The notes under the pieces were generated by a model. The model saw only the letters and a list, made by a program, of their open reading frames with translations, did not search any database and was not told the origin of the DNA. A stretch of DNA of 59,408 nucleotides from Actinomycetes bacterium (lineage in GTDB: Bacteria > Actinomycetota > Acidimicrobiia > Acidimicrobiales > CADCSY01): contig JANNNX010000078.1 of NCBI GenBank assembly GCA_031398745.1, positions 1-59,408 on the forward strand, written 5' to 3'. Position 1 is the stretch's first letter, and each line of letters opens with the position of its first letter. The position numbers were made by a program, and so were the translations under genes. Below are positions 30,976-41,600 of the stretch, in pieces.

Positions 30976-31896
30976 ATGACCGTCGTCGCCCCCGAGCTCG
31001 ATCGGGTCCCCTCCGCCGCCGCCATCCGCCAACGTCGACTCGACGTCAGCGGCGCGGTGTTCAAGGGCGCCCTGCTGGCTGCCCTGGCCCTCACCGTCGC
31101 CCTGCTGGTGCTGCTCATCACCGACCAGATCGTCGACGGGTGGGACGTCCTGAGCACTCGCCTGGGCGACTTCCTGACCTCCAACGTGTCGTCCCGAGCC
31201 GGCAGCGCCGGGGTGATGCAGGGCATCATCGGCACCCTGACCATCGCGGTGATCGTGGCCGCGGTCGCCTTCCCGATCGGCGTGGGCGCGGCTCTCTACC
31301 TCGAGGAGTACGCCCAGCCGAGCCGCCTCACCCGGTTCATCGACATCAACATCCGCAACCTGTCGGGCGTGCCGTCGGTGGTCTACGGCATCCTCGGCTT
31401 CACCATCCTGGTCAAGGCGCTGGGCAGCTTTACGGGTGGTGCGAGCGTGCTGGCCGGCGGGCTCACCCTTGCCATCCTGGTCCTGCCGATCGTGATCATT
31501 GCCTCGGCCGAGGCCATCCGGGCGGTGCCCGGCGCCTTGAGGGAGGCCGGCTACGGCGTCGGCGGCACCCGCTGGGAGGTCACCCGCGGTCTCGTGCTCC
31601 CCAATGCCATGCCCGGCATCCTCACCGGCACCGTGCTGGCGCTGGCCCGAGCCATGGGCGAGGCCGCTCCCCTCATCTTGGTCGGGGCGCTGCAGGGCTT
31701 CTTCACCGGCGGGCAATGGGGCGACCTGACCGGACCGTTCACTGCCCTGCCCATCACCATCTTTCAATGGGCCAAGCAACCATCCGATGCCTGGCGGGTG
31801 AACACCTCCGCCGCCATCGTGGTCCTGTTGGTGATGGTCCTCCTGGTCAACACCACCGCCATCCTGCTGCGCAACCACTTCGAAAAGAGAAGGTGA
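30976..31896 (+). CDS. pstA: Phosphate ABC transporter permease PstA
   Basis: Second permease of the pst operon. Confidence 0.85.
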   Translation: MTVVAPELDRVPSAAAIRQRRLDVSGAVFKGALLAALALTVALLVLLITDQIVDGWDVLSTRLGDFLTSNVSSRAGSAGVMQGIIGTLTIAVIVAAVAFPIGVGAALYLEEYAQPSRLTRFIDINIRNLSGVPSVVYGILGFTILVKALGSFTGGASVLAGGLTLAILVLPIVIIASAEAIRAVPGALREAGYGVGGTRWEVTRGLVLPNAMPGILTGTVLALARAMGEAAPLILVGALQGFFTGGQWGDLTGPFTALPITIFQWAKQPSDAWRVNTSAAIVVLLVMVLLVNTTAILLRNHFEKRR

Positions 31897-31899
31897 CCC

Positions 31900-32769
31900 A
31901 TGTCCGCTGACCCGCAGCTGGATGGCCCCGTGACCATTGACGTTTCCGACGGCGCGTCGACGCCCCCGGCTCCGAGCGCCGATGGCACGGTGGTCTTCGA
32001 CGCCGACCAGCTCAGCGTGTTCTACGGCTCATTCCGGGCCGTGCGCGACGTCTCGCTGCAGATCAAGCAGCACGAGATCACCGCCTTCATCGGCCCGTCG
32101 GGCTGCGGCAAGACGACGGTCCTGCGTTGCTTCAATCGGATGAACGACCTGATCGAGACGGCCCGGGTGGACGGTCAGCTCACCTACCACGGCGTCGACC
32201 TGTATGACCCGGCGGTCAACCCGGTGGAGGTCCGGCGCCGGATCGGCATGGTCTTCCAGAAGCCGAACCCCTTCCCCAAGTCGATCTTCGACAACGTCGC
32301 CTACGGACCTCGGCTGGCCGGCACCAAGAAGAAGTCCGACCTCGAGGACGTCGTCGAGTCGTCGCTGCGCCGGGCCGCCCTGTGGGACGAGGTCAAGGAC
32401 CGGCTGAGCTCGTCGGCCATGGGCATGTCCGGCGGCCAGCAGCAGCGCCTCTGCATCGCCCGGGCGCTCGCCACCAACCCCGAAGTGGTGCTCATGGACG
32501 AGCCCTGCTCGGCCCTCGACCCGATCGCCACCGGACGCATCGAGGACCTGATGGCCGAGATCAAGACCGACTACACGATCGTGATTGTGACCCACAACAT
32601 GCAGCAGGCGGCTCGGGTGTCGGATCGCTGCGCCTTCTTCACCACCGAGGTCAACGAGGAGAGCGACGTCCGCACGGGCACCCTCGTCGAGTACGACCGA
32701 ACCGACAAGATCTTCTCCAACCCGGGCGACCAGCGCACCGAGAACTACGTGACCGGCCGCTTCGGGTGA
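31900..32769 (+). CDS. pstB: Phosphate ABC transporter ATP-binding protein PstB
   Basis: Walker [10 protein letters not shown], signature [14 protein letters not shown]. Confidence 0.9.
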   Translation: MSADPQLDGPVTIDVSDGASTPPAPSADGTVVFDADQLSVFYGSFRAVRDVSLQIKQHEITAFIGPSGCGKTTVLRCFNRMNDLIETARVDGQLTYHGVDLYDPAVNPVEVRRRIGMVFQKPNPFPKSIFDNVAYGPRLAGTKKKSDLEDVVESSLRRAALWDEVKDRLSSSAMGMSGGQQQRLCIARALATNPEVVLMDEPCSALDPIATGRIEDLMAEIKTDYTIVIVTHNMQQAARVSDRCAFFTTEVNEESDVRTGTLVEYDRTDKIFSNPGDQRTENYVTGRFG

Positions 32770-33458
32770 GCGCCGAGCCGACGCCGTCGGCCCGGCCCCT
32801 GCGGGTCGGTTTCGCCGCCGAGCTCGAGCAGCTTCGGCTCCAGGTCGAGCTCATGGCGATCCGGGTGGACCAGAACCTCGAGCGCATGCGGGCGGTGCTG
32901 GAGGATGGCGAGATCGAGGTGGTGGCGGTCTCGCTGCGCACCGACGACGACATCGACGCCATGAACGTGTCGCTCACCGAACGCTGCTACGACCTGCTGC
33001 GCCGGGAGTCTCCGGTGGCCTCCGACCTCCGCTTCATCGTCTCGGTGCTCCGGGTCCTTTCCGAGCTCGAGCGCATCGGCGACCTGGCGCTGCGGGTGAT
33101 CAAGCTCGCCCCCGAGCACCCGCTCCTGGCGTCACACCCCCCGACCTACGGGATCCTGCTGGACATGGCCCACCACGTGATCGCCCAGTACCGCGAGGCA
33201 CTGCGGGCCTGGGCCACCCTCGATCTGGGCCTCGCCACCGAGCTGGCCACTCGCTCGCCGTCGATGGACCTGTACTACGAGCGGTTGACGGCTGAACTGA
33301 TGCGCCTCGAGGGCCCCGACGCCGTCCGTCTGGGCATCGACACCTTCGCTGCCGGCCGCTCGATCGAGCGGATCGGTGACCACGCCGCGATCATCGGAGC
33401 CCGACTGCGGTACCTGCTGACCGGCGACCCGGACCACCTCATCGCCGAGGTGCGCTAG
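32767..33458 (+). CDS. phoU: Phosphate signalling complex protein PhoU
   Basis: Two PhoU repeats (ERIGDLALR / ERIGDHAAI). GTG start overlapping the pstB stop. Confidence 0.85.
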
Positions 33459-33961
33459 GGCGAGAGCGCCGTCCGTCGACCGGCCGCGACCAGCGTGGCT
33501 CGGGTGACGACCGCAGCCAGCAGGCCGACTCCGATCGACGCCGCGGCGACAACGGCGGGCGGCCCGGTCCACCCCGCCAGCTCGTCGATCGACGCCTCCC
33601 CCGGACCGGTGCAGGCCAGCACCACACCCAGGCCAGCGAGCAGGGCGGGGTACTCGAAGCCGCCCCGGAGGTTCCAGAAGCCGTTGGGGGCCTTGACCGA
33701 GGTGGCCACCGACATCACCCCGATGACCATCGCCGCGGCCAGGGGCGTGGCCAGGCCGAACACCAGCAGCGCGCCCCCGACGACCTGGGTGAGCCCGGCC
33801 ATCCAGGCGCCCGCGGCACCGCCGCCGAAACCGTCGTCGCGCTGGTCGGTGATGGTGCCGGCGATGCCGGGGCCACCGAATCGGGTGGTCAGCTTCTGGG
33901 TGCCGTGCGCCACCAGCACGACGGCCACCAGCACCCGCAGGACGAGCAGACCCCCAGCCAC
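33455..33961 (-). CDS. DoxX-family membrane protein
   Basis: LVLRVLVAVVLVAHGTQKL is the DoxX N-terminal signature, with 4 TM segments. Confidence 0.65.
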   Translation of the reverse strand: MAGGLLVLRVLVAVVLVAHGTQKLTTRFGGPGIAGTITDQRDDGFGGGAAGAWMAGLTQVVGGALLVFGLATPLAAAMVIGVMSVATSVKAPNGFWNLRGGFEYPALLAGLGVVLACTGPGEASIDELAGWTGPPAVVAAASIGVGLLAAVVTRATLVAAGRRTALSP

Positions 33962-33995
33962 CGGGTCATCGTGACACGCCCGCTACCGTCCCGAC

Positions 33996-35114
33996 GTGGA
34001 CGACGCCAGCCTCGACATCGCCGTTCGGGTGCTGTCGGGGGTGGCGGGGGTGGCCCTCATCGCCCTGGTGGTCGACTCGGCGGTCCGCACCTTCGTCGTG
34101 CCCCGGGGGGTGACGTCGCGCTTCACCCGGGCGGTGTCCCTGGGCATGCGACGGGGCTTCGACCTGCTCACCGCCCGACTCCAGACCTACGAGTCCCGCG
34201 ACCGGGTGATGGCCCTCTACTCCCCGGTCACCCTCGTCGTCCTGCCCGGGGTGTGGCTGGCCACGCTGCTGGTCGCCTTTGCCGGCGTCCTGGTGGCGGT
34301 CGACGGCCGCGGCTGGAGCGACGCCCTGCACCTGAGCGGCTCGTCGCTGCTGACCCTCGGCTTCGACCGGCCGACCGGCGGCCTGACCGTCGCCGTGTGC
34401 TTCATCGAGGCGGCCACTGGCCTGGCCCTGCTGGCATTGCTCATCGCCTACCTGCCCACGATCTACGGCGCCTTCTCCCGCCGGGAGGCATCGGTGACCC
34501 AGCTGTCGGTCCGCGCCGGTACCCCACCGTCGCCGTCCAACCTGTTGATCCGGGCCCATCTGACGGGATTTCTCACCGATCTCGACGAGACCTGGAGCAG
34601 CTGGGAGCGTTGGTTCGTCGAGCTGGAGGAGACCCACACGTCCTTCCCGGCGCTGTCGTTCTTCCGTTCGCCCAACCCGCAGCGCTCGTGGGTGACGGCG
34701 GCCGGCACGGTGCTCGACACCGCCTCGCTGTACCTCGCCGCGGTCGACGTGGCCTGGGCCCCCCGGGCCGCCACCTGCATCCGGGCCGGATTCCTTTCGT
34801 TGCGGGCCGTCGGCGACGTGTTCGACATCGACCACCCGGCCGACCCCGCCCCCGACGACCCGATCAGCGTCGGGCGCGACGAGTTCGACGCCGTGTGCGA
34901 CGAACTGGCCGACGCCGGAGTCCCGATCAAGGCCGACCGCGACCAGGCCTGGCGCGACTTCGCCGGATGGCGGGTCAACTACGACCGGGTGCTGGTGGTG
35001 CTGGCCGGCCTGGTCATGGCCCCCGACTCGACCTGGTCGTCGGACCGCAGCGCGGCCCGGCACCGACCGCCGCTGCGGTGGCGGAGGCGGGTCCGTCCCG
35101 AGACCGGGCGGTAG
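33996..35114 (+). CDS. Uncharacterised membrane protein with 2TM ion-channel-like topology (TM1, a pore-helix-like SLLTLGFDRPTG segment, TM2) and a cytoplasmic C-terminal domain
   Basis: This is read from the hydrophobicity pattern only. I recognised no confident family. Confidence 0.4.
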   Translation: MDDASLDIAVRVLSGVAGVALIALVVDSAVRTFVVPRGVTSRFTRAVSLGMRRGFDLLTARLQTYESRDRVMALYSPVTLVVLPGVWLATLLVAFAGVLVAVDGRGWSDALHLSGSSLLTLGFDRPTGGLTVAVCFIEAATGLALLALLIAYLPTIYGAFSRREASVTQLSVRAGTPPSPSNLLIRAHLTGFLTDLDETWSSWERWFVELEETHTSFPALSFFRSPNPQRSWVTAAGTVLDTASLYLAAVDVAWAPRAATCIRAGFLSLRAVGDVFDIDHPADPAPDDPISVGRDEFDAVCDELADAGVPIKADRDQAWRDFAGWRVNYDRVLVVLAGLVMAPDSTWSSDRSAARHRPPLRWRRRVRPETGR

Positions 35115-35152
35115 GGTCGCCGGGCCCCCGCCCGACCCGACGAGGACCCGCC

Positions 35153-36505
35153 GTGCCTGCTGACCGAGTGCCCCCGACCGACCAGCCCGACACCACCACC
35201 GACCCGGCGTTGCGGTCGTGGGTCGAGGTCCCCCAGGGCTCCGACTTCCCGATCCAGAACCTCCCCTACGGCGTGTTCTCCCGGTCCGGCGACCGACCCC
35301 GGGTGGGCGTCGCCATCGGCGACCAGGTGCTCGATCTGGCCGCGGTGGCCGAGGCCGGAGTCTTCGACGGGGTGGTCGAGGGCGCGTCGGCGCTCTTCGC
35401 CGCGCCGGCCCTCAACCCCTTCCTGGCCGCCGGCCCGACGGTGTGGGCCGCGGCCCGGTCCCGCATCTCGCAGGTACTGACCGAGGGAGACCGCACCCTG
35501 CTCGACGCCGACGGACTGGTCGAGCGAGCGCTGGTCGCCCAGGCCGACGTCGAGCTGTCACTCCCCTTCGAGGTCGCCGACTACGTCGACTTCTACAGCT
35601 CGATCGAGCACGCCTCGAACCTCGGACGGATCCTCCGCCCCAACCAGGAGCCGCTCCTCCCCAACTGGCGCCACCTCCCCATTGGCTATCACGGGCGGGC
35701 GGGCACCATCGTCGGCTCCGGCACGCCGGTGGTGCGGCCGCTCGGGCAACGCAAGGGCGCCGACGACCCGGCTCCGGTGTTCGGCCCCAGCATCCGCCTC
35801 GACATCGAGACCGAGATCGGCTTCGTGACCGGTCCGCCGAGTGCCCACGGCGCCCCGGTGTCGACCGCCGCCGCCGCGGGCCACATCTTCGGGCTGGTGC
35901 TGGTCAACGACTGGAGCGCCCGCGACATCCAGGCCTGGGAGTACCAGCCCCTCGGCCCGTTCCTGTCGAAGTCGTTCGCCACCTCGATCTCGCCCTGGGT
36001 CGTGCCGCTGGCCGCGCTCGCTCCCTATCGGATCGCCGGCCCGGTACAGGACCCCACCCCGCTGCCGTACCTGCACTTCGAGGGTGACTGGAACTACGAC
36101 CTCTCGCTGGAGGTCCAGCTCTCCACCGAGGCCATGCGGTCCCGGGGCGACGAGCCCTTCGTGGTGTCCCGGCCCTACTACGGCCTCATGTACTGGAACA
36201 TGCTCCAGCAGCTGGCGCACGCCACCGTGAACGGCGCCTCGGTGCGCACCGGCGACCTGTTCGCCTCGGGCACGATCTCCGGGCCCGAGCGCGAGGCGGT
36301 CGGGAGCTTCATCGAGCGGACCTGGAACGGCACCGAGCCCCTTGCCCTGCCCGACGGCACCGAGCGTCGCTTCCTCGAGGACGGCGACGAGATCACCCTC
36401 ACGGGGTGGTGCGGCGGCGGCGACGACGGGCGCCCCCGGATCGGCTTCGGCGAGGTGAGGGGCCGGATCCTGCCAGCACCGACGCTCGAGGCGCCGCCGG
36501 CCTGA
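35153..36505 (+). CDS. fahA: Fumarylacetoacetase (FAH)
   Basis: N-terminal FAH_N (IQNLPYGVF) and a C-terminal FAH fold domain (HIFGLVLVNDWSARDIQ). GTG start. The 866-aa track ORF over-extends upstream. Confidence 0.85.
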   Translation: MPADRVPPTDQPDTTTDPALRSWVEVPQGSDFPIQNLPYGVFSRSGDRPRVGVAIGDQVLDLAAVAEAGVFDGVVEGASALFAAPALNPFLAAGPTVWAAARSRISQVLTEGDRTLLDADGLVERALVAQADVELSLPFEVADYVDFYSSIEHASNLGRILRPNQEPLLPNWRHLPIGYHGRAGTIVGSGTPVVRPLGQRKGADDPAPVFGPSIRLDIETEIGFVTGPPSAHGAPVSTAAAAGHIFGLVLVNDWSARDIQAWEYQPLGPFLSKSFATSISPWVVPLAALAPYRIAGPVQDPTPLPYLHFEGDWNYDLSLEVQLSTEAMRSRGDEPFVVSRPYYGLMYWNMLQQLAHATVNGASVRTGDLFASGTISGPEREAVGSFIERTWNGTEPLALPDGTERRFLEDGDEITLTGWCGGGDDGRPRIGFGEVRGRILPAPTLEAPPA

Positions 36506-36508
36506 GTC

Positions 36509-37278
36509 AGCTCGAGAGGGAGCCGGTGGCCACCGGCTCCTGGATCGACACCACCACTCCACCCGCCACCTCGTCGGTGACGGCCAGCGCCTGCACGGCC
36601 CCCGACGTCTCGAAGGGCACCACGTCGGGGGTCGGCGCCGAGGATGCCGAGCGACACCAGCCGGCCGTCGACGTCGCCCCAGAGCTGGTAGGTCCGGTCG
36701 TCGGCCAGCGCCGGCAGGTCGGAGGCCACGACGTAGTCGGGTCCGTCGGGGCGCACCACCACCCGCATCCCGACCGAGCCGTCGGCCGCCGCCAGGTCGA
36801 CCACGTCCGCCTGGGGATCGGCCAGCGCCTGCTTGACGGCCAGGTCGACGCCGTCGATGCGGTCGATCTGGTCGTCGAGATCCCGTACCCGCACGGCCAG
36901 CACGCCGATCAGCACCGCAGCGACAGCCAGCGCGGCCCCACCCGCTCGCAGCGCCCAGGTCGACCACCGGCCCGGCCCGCCGGCCCCGCCCTCGACGGTC
37001 GCCAGGCGGCGTCCGACCCGGGCCCGATCCAACGACAACGCCGGGGGGGTGTCGGACAGAGTGCCGGCGATGCGGTCCCACACCCCTTCAGGGGCAGTGA
37101 CGCCGGTGTGGGCCAGCATGGCCGCAACCTCCCGGTGCTCGACCACCTCGGCCGCGCAGCGAGGGCAGGACTCGAGGTGGCTCTCGATGATCGCCGCCTC
37201 GTCGGCCTCGACCGCGTCGAGGGCGTACGCGCCCAGCAGCTCCTCGATCTCGGCGTGGGAAAGCGATTCGATGCTCAT
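36509..37278 (-). CDS. Zinc-binding anti-sigma factor, RskA-like, with an apparent frameshift in the C-terminal domain
   Basis: HxxxCxxC (HLESCPRCA) N-terminal domain. Its start overlaps the sigma-factor stop as ATGA. It has a TM segment. The canonical C-terminus (…ADPDVVPFETSGAVQALAVTDEVAGGVVVSIQEPVATGSLSS*) is only reached after a 1-nt shift at a G5/C5 run at about 36627-36631. The uninterrupted track frame instead reads through the fah 3' end. Confidence 0.6.
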
Positions 37279-37886
37279 GACGATGCCCCACCCACGCCCG
37301 ACGCGCTCAGCGGGCCCCGCATCCGCTTGAGCCCGGCCCGGATACGGCTCTTCACAGTGCCCTCCGGCTCCCCCAACATGTCCGCCACCTCTCTGTACGT
37401 GTGCCCCCCGAGGTAGGCCAGCTCGATGGCCCGCCGCTCGGTCTCGGGTAAGCGGCCCAGGGCGTCGCGCACCTGCTCGGCCATGGCCAGGTCGAAGACC
37501 TCGTGCTCGAGGTCGTAGCCGGCCTCGGCCCGGGCTCGGTGCTCCCGGTCCTCGCGGGCCCGGCGGGACTCCTCCGAACGGATGACGTCGACGCTGCGCC
37601 CGTGGGCCTGGGCCAGCAGGAACGACCGGAGGCTCCCCCGCTCGGGGTCGAAGCGGTCGGGAGAATCCCACAGGCGCAGGAACACCTCCTGGACGATCTC
37701 CTCGGCCAGGGTCCGGTCATGCAGCAGTCTCTGGGACAGCGCGAACACGGCACCGGCGTGGCGCCGGTAGGCCTCGGCCAGCGCGTCCTCGCGCCAACGA
37801 CCGATCGCCACCACCAGGGCGGCGTCAGAAGCGGTGGAGAGGTCGAGCGGGCGCGCCATGCCTTCACCATCCGGAGCCGTCCCCAC
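37275..37886 (-). CDS. ECF (sigma-70 family) RNA polymerase sigma factor
   Basis: Region 2 (EIVQEVFLRLW) and region 4 (TYREVADMLGEPEGTVKSRIRAG) motifs. Confidence 0.85.
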   Translation of the reverse strand: MGTAPDGEGMARPLDLSTASDAALVVAIGRWREDALAEAYRRHAGAVFALSQRLLHDRTLAEEIVQEVFLRLWDSPDRFDPERGSLRSFLLAQAHGRSVDVIRSEESRRAREDREHRARAEAGYDLEHEVFDLAMAEQVRDALGRLPETERRAIELAYLGGHTYREVADMLGEPEGTVKSRIRAGLKRMRGPLSASGVGGASS

Positions 37887-37943
37887 GGGCGGATGACCGT
37901 AGCCGGCAGGCCCAGCCGCGCTCGGCGCCTACGCTCGGCGGTG

Positions 37944-38636
37944 ATGCCGGGCCCCGTCGAGATCGTCCCCTCCGTGTTGCCGGCCGACTTCTCGCGCCTG
38001 GGCGACGAGGTGGTGGCCCTGGCCGACGCCGGGGTCGACCGCATCCAGTGGGATGTGATGGACGGCCGGTTCGTGCCCAACCTGACCTTCGGCCCCGACG
38101 TCGTCGCCTCGGTCCGCGACCTGGTCGCGGTGCCCTTCGAGGCCCACCTCATGATCGAGGAGCCCGACCTGCTGGCCCCCCGCTTCGTCGAGGCCGGTTG
38201 CCAGTGGCTCATCGTCCACGCCGAATCGACCCGTCACCTGCACCGCAGCCTCGACCTGGTCCGCTCGCTCGGCGCACGAGCGGCGGTGGCCCTGAACCCG
38301 GCGACGCCGGCGGTGGTGGTCGAGCCCGTGCTCGACCTGGTCGACATGGTGCTGGTGATGACCGTGAACCCGGGCTTCGGGGGCCAGGCCTACCTGGGCT
38401 CCATGGAGGCCAAGGTGCGCGAGGTGGCCACCCTGGTGGCGGCGTCGGGCCGCTCGATCGACATCGAGGTCGACGGCGGCATCGCCCCGGGCACGGTGGG
38501 CGGGGCCGCCGCCGCCGGGGCCAACGTGCTGGTGGCCGGCACCGCCCTCTACCGCGACCCCGAGGGGCTGGCCCACGCGGTCGCCGATCTCCGCCACCGG
38601 GCCGAGGGGGCGTCCGCCGCTCACGCCGAGGTCTGA
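37944..38636 (+). CDS. rpe: Ribulose-phosphate 3-epimerase
   Basis: PSVLPADFSRLGDEV...DVMDGRFVPNLTFG...HLMIE...VMTVNPGFGGQ are canonical Rpe motifs. Confidence 0.9.
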   Translation: MPGPVEIVPSVLPADFSRLGDEVVALADAGVDRIQWDVMDGRFVPNLTFGPDVVASVRDLVAVPFEAHLMIEEPDLLAPRFVEAGCQWLIVHAESTRHLHRSLDLVRSLGARAAVALNPATPAVVVEPVLDLVDMVLVMTVNPGFGGQAYLGSMEAKVREVATLVAASGRSIDIEVDGGIAPGTVGGAAAAGANVLVAGTALYRDPEGLAHAVADLRHRAEGASAAHAEV

Positions 38637-41600
38637 GCCGCCTCGGCCACCTCCACCAGCCGGCACAGGGCGTTGACCAGGGGCACCTGCCTGGCCGACG
38701 AGCACCGGGTGGCCAGCAGGGCCGGGCTGGCCACCACCACGGCCAGGGCCTGGGCCCGGGACACGGCCACGTTCAGGCGGTGGCGGTCGAGGAGGAACGA
38801 GGGGCCCCGGGGGGCGTCGGCCGCCGAGGAGGCGGCCAGCGAGCAGACCACGACCGGGGCCTCCTGGCCCTGGAAACGGTCGACGGTGCCCACCCGGGCC
38901 CCGGCCGGCAGGGCCTCGGTGAGCCGGTTGACCTGGGCGTTGTAGGGAGCCACGACCAGGACGTCGTCGAGGGTGAGGAATCGCTCCTGGCCGTGGCGGT
39001 CGACGAAGGTGGCACCCAGCAGGTCGGCCACCAGGTCGACCACCACCGCCACCTCCTCGTCGCTGCGGGTGCGGTTGCCGACGTGGTCGACCGGCACCCA
39101 GCGCACCCCCGTGCCGTTCAGCGTGCCCGACGCCTCCAGGTCGATACCGGCGCAGGCGTCGACCGAGCGCAGGCGGCCGTCGTAGGCCAGTTCGGACACG
39201 AACGAACACACGTCGGGGTGCATCCGGTAGGAGCGGTCGAGGAAGACGCCGAGGTCGGACCGCAACGTGGCCTGGTCGCCCAATAGGTGGCTGAGGGCCG
39301 AGGCGTCGCTGCCCAGCGGGTGGGTGCCCTTGCCCGGCTGGCGCAACTGCTGGGGGTCGCCCAAGAGGACGAGGTTGTGGGCCGCGGCCCCGGCGGCGAC
39401 GGCGTTGGCGAGCGGGAGCTGGCCGGCCTCGTCGATCACCAGGGTGTGGAGGGCACCGACCAGCGCCGGGCGGCTGAAGAGCCAGGTGGTCCCGGTGACG
39501 ATGTCGACCCTCGGGCCGGCGGCGGCCCCGGCATCCTCGGCCAACGCCGCCTCGACGACGTCGTTGGTGGCCAGCTCGACGAAGCGGTGCTCGACCTGGT
39601 CGGCCTCGTCGGCCTTCTGGAGGCAGCGCAGCGGTCGACCCCCGTCGTCGTCGGCCCGGTGGCACACCGCCTCCAGCAGGTTGGCGATGGCCTTGTGGCT
39701 GGGCCCGCTGATGCCCACGGTGTGGCCGGCCCGCACCAGGGCCACGATCAGCTCGGCGCCGGTATGGGTCTTGCCCGCCCCTGGCGGGCCCTGGACCGCC
39801 AGGCAGCCGTCGTCGAGGGCGAGGGCGAGGGCGACGGCCCTCGACGCCGGGTCGGCCTCGGGGTCGGTGGCCGGGTGCCCCCGGCCCGCGGCCGACGGCA
39901 CGAGCCGGGGCGGCCGGGCCAGGAGCAGGTCGCGCACCGCCCGGAACGGGCCGGGCTGGTCGATGCCGTGCTCCGCCACCCACTCCGCCACCCTCCCGAC
40001 CGACCGAGGCAGCTCGCCGGGGCTGATCGGAGGCCTGGGCACCACCGAGCGGGGGGCGTCGACCCGACCCTGGCGCTTCAGGTCGAGCACGCCCCCGACA
40101 CTGTCGATGGCGTGGACGGTCCCGATAGTCGCCTCGGTGGCTGGGTCGACCAACGTGTCGCCCACCCGCACCTTGTGCTCCTGGGCCGGGTCGAAGTGGT
40201 AGCGATGGATCTGCGACTGCTTCACCTGGCCGACCACGCCCTCGTATGCCAGCTCGCCGATGGCCTCGCTGTCGTCGACCAGCTGGGCGTCGGTGCGGGT
40301 CAGGCGGTCGAAGTGGGCCCACCACTCGGGCTTCTGCTCGCGGCGGTGGAAGCCGACCAGCTGGGCCAGCAGCCAGGTGGCGTGCTGGGCGGCGTCGTGG
40401 GTGGCGGGGTCGGCGGGCAGGCCGGTGCCGAGCCGGGCCGCCAACTCGGCCTCGAAGGCGTCGGCCTCGGTGACGGCCGCCGACGGGGTGCCGTCGACCG
40501 GTCCGGGCCGACCCAGCTCGGTGCCGGCCATGGCCGCCACCTCCACCCGCCGCGCCTCGAGCCAGTTCCGCAGGCCGAGCGTCGAACGGCAGTCGACGGC
40601 GTTGTAGGCCTCGATGTCGTCGAGGAGCTGCTGGTTGCCGGTTTCGAGCCACTCCTCGTAGACGACGATGCTCGACCCGCCGTCGCTCACCGTGCCGTCG
40701 CGGCCGTCGAGGTAGAAGGCCTCGAGCTTCTTGAGGCCGTAGCCCTCGAGCGAGGTCCGAAGGCCGTGGCGGACGACGGCGTAGAGGTCGACGAAGGTGC
40801 GACTGCGGAGCAGCACGTCGAGCTCGGCCTGGCGGGACGCGTAACGCCCGGCCAGGCGCTTGCACGCGGTGAGCTCGTAGGGGGCGTAGTGGTACACGTG
40901 GAGGTCGGGCCAGCGGCGACGCCGCTCGACCAGCAGGTCGATCACCGCCTCGAAGGCGGTCCGCTCGGCCACCGGGTCGTGGCCCCAGTAGGCGTGGTAG
41001 GTGGGTTCGCCGGTGTCGACGGTGACCAGGCCCCAGAGGTACTCCAGCCCGCCCTCGACGGCCCATGGGTCGCCCTCCAGGTCGAGGAAGACGTCGCCCG
41101 GCGAGGGCGCCGGCAGCCCGGCCAGGCCCAGACCCGGTCGGGGGGGAGGGAGGAGGGCGTAGCGGTCGGTTCCGTCGGCCGCGGCCCGGCGCTGGAGGCG
41201 GGCCTGGTGGCGGAGGCGGGCCAGGAAGGCGTCGCCGACCCGGGACACACGCTCGCCGTCGCCGGTCGTGGCGGCCAGGGCGGCGGCGGTGTCGATGCCG
41301 GCGGCGGCCAGATGGGCGGCGGTCGGGCCGCGCATGCCGGCCACCAGCGAGAGGTGGTCGTCGGCCCGGCGGCGCGCCTCGCAGGCCGGCGCCCACGGAC
41401 AGACCGCGCAGTGCGAGACGGGGTCGGGGTAGGTGTCGTCGGCCGGGGGCCGGTCGAGCACCGCCTCGAAGCGGTGGCGGACCGACCGGTGGTAGGCGGC
41501 GAGCTCGGCGGTGGGGTGGCGAGAGCGCTCGCCGTCGCCGGTGACCACCTCGACGTGGGTGGGGGCGACGCCCTGGATGCGCTCGACCTGCTCGGCGTAG

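Noticed and set aside
33495-33974. Plus-strand ORF antisense to DoxX, and the minus-strand ORFs at 33966..35063 and 33132..33572
   Set aside because: They overlap better-supported genes, and their composition is consistent with non-coding frames.
37929-41396. 1155-aa minus-strand ORF, and other long Arg/Pro/Gly-rich ORFs such as 6569..8527, 35558..37081, 39287..42229, 19612..21387, 43003..44535 and 56328..58181
   Set aside because: They overlap genes with clear homology on the other strand or in another frame. Their translations are RPG-rich with no motifs. They are spurious products of the 72% GC content.
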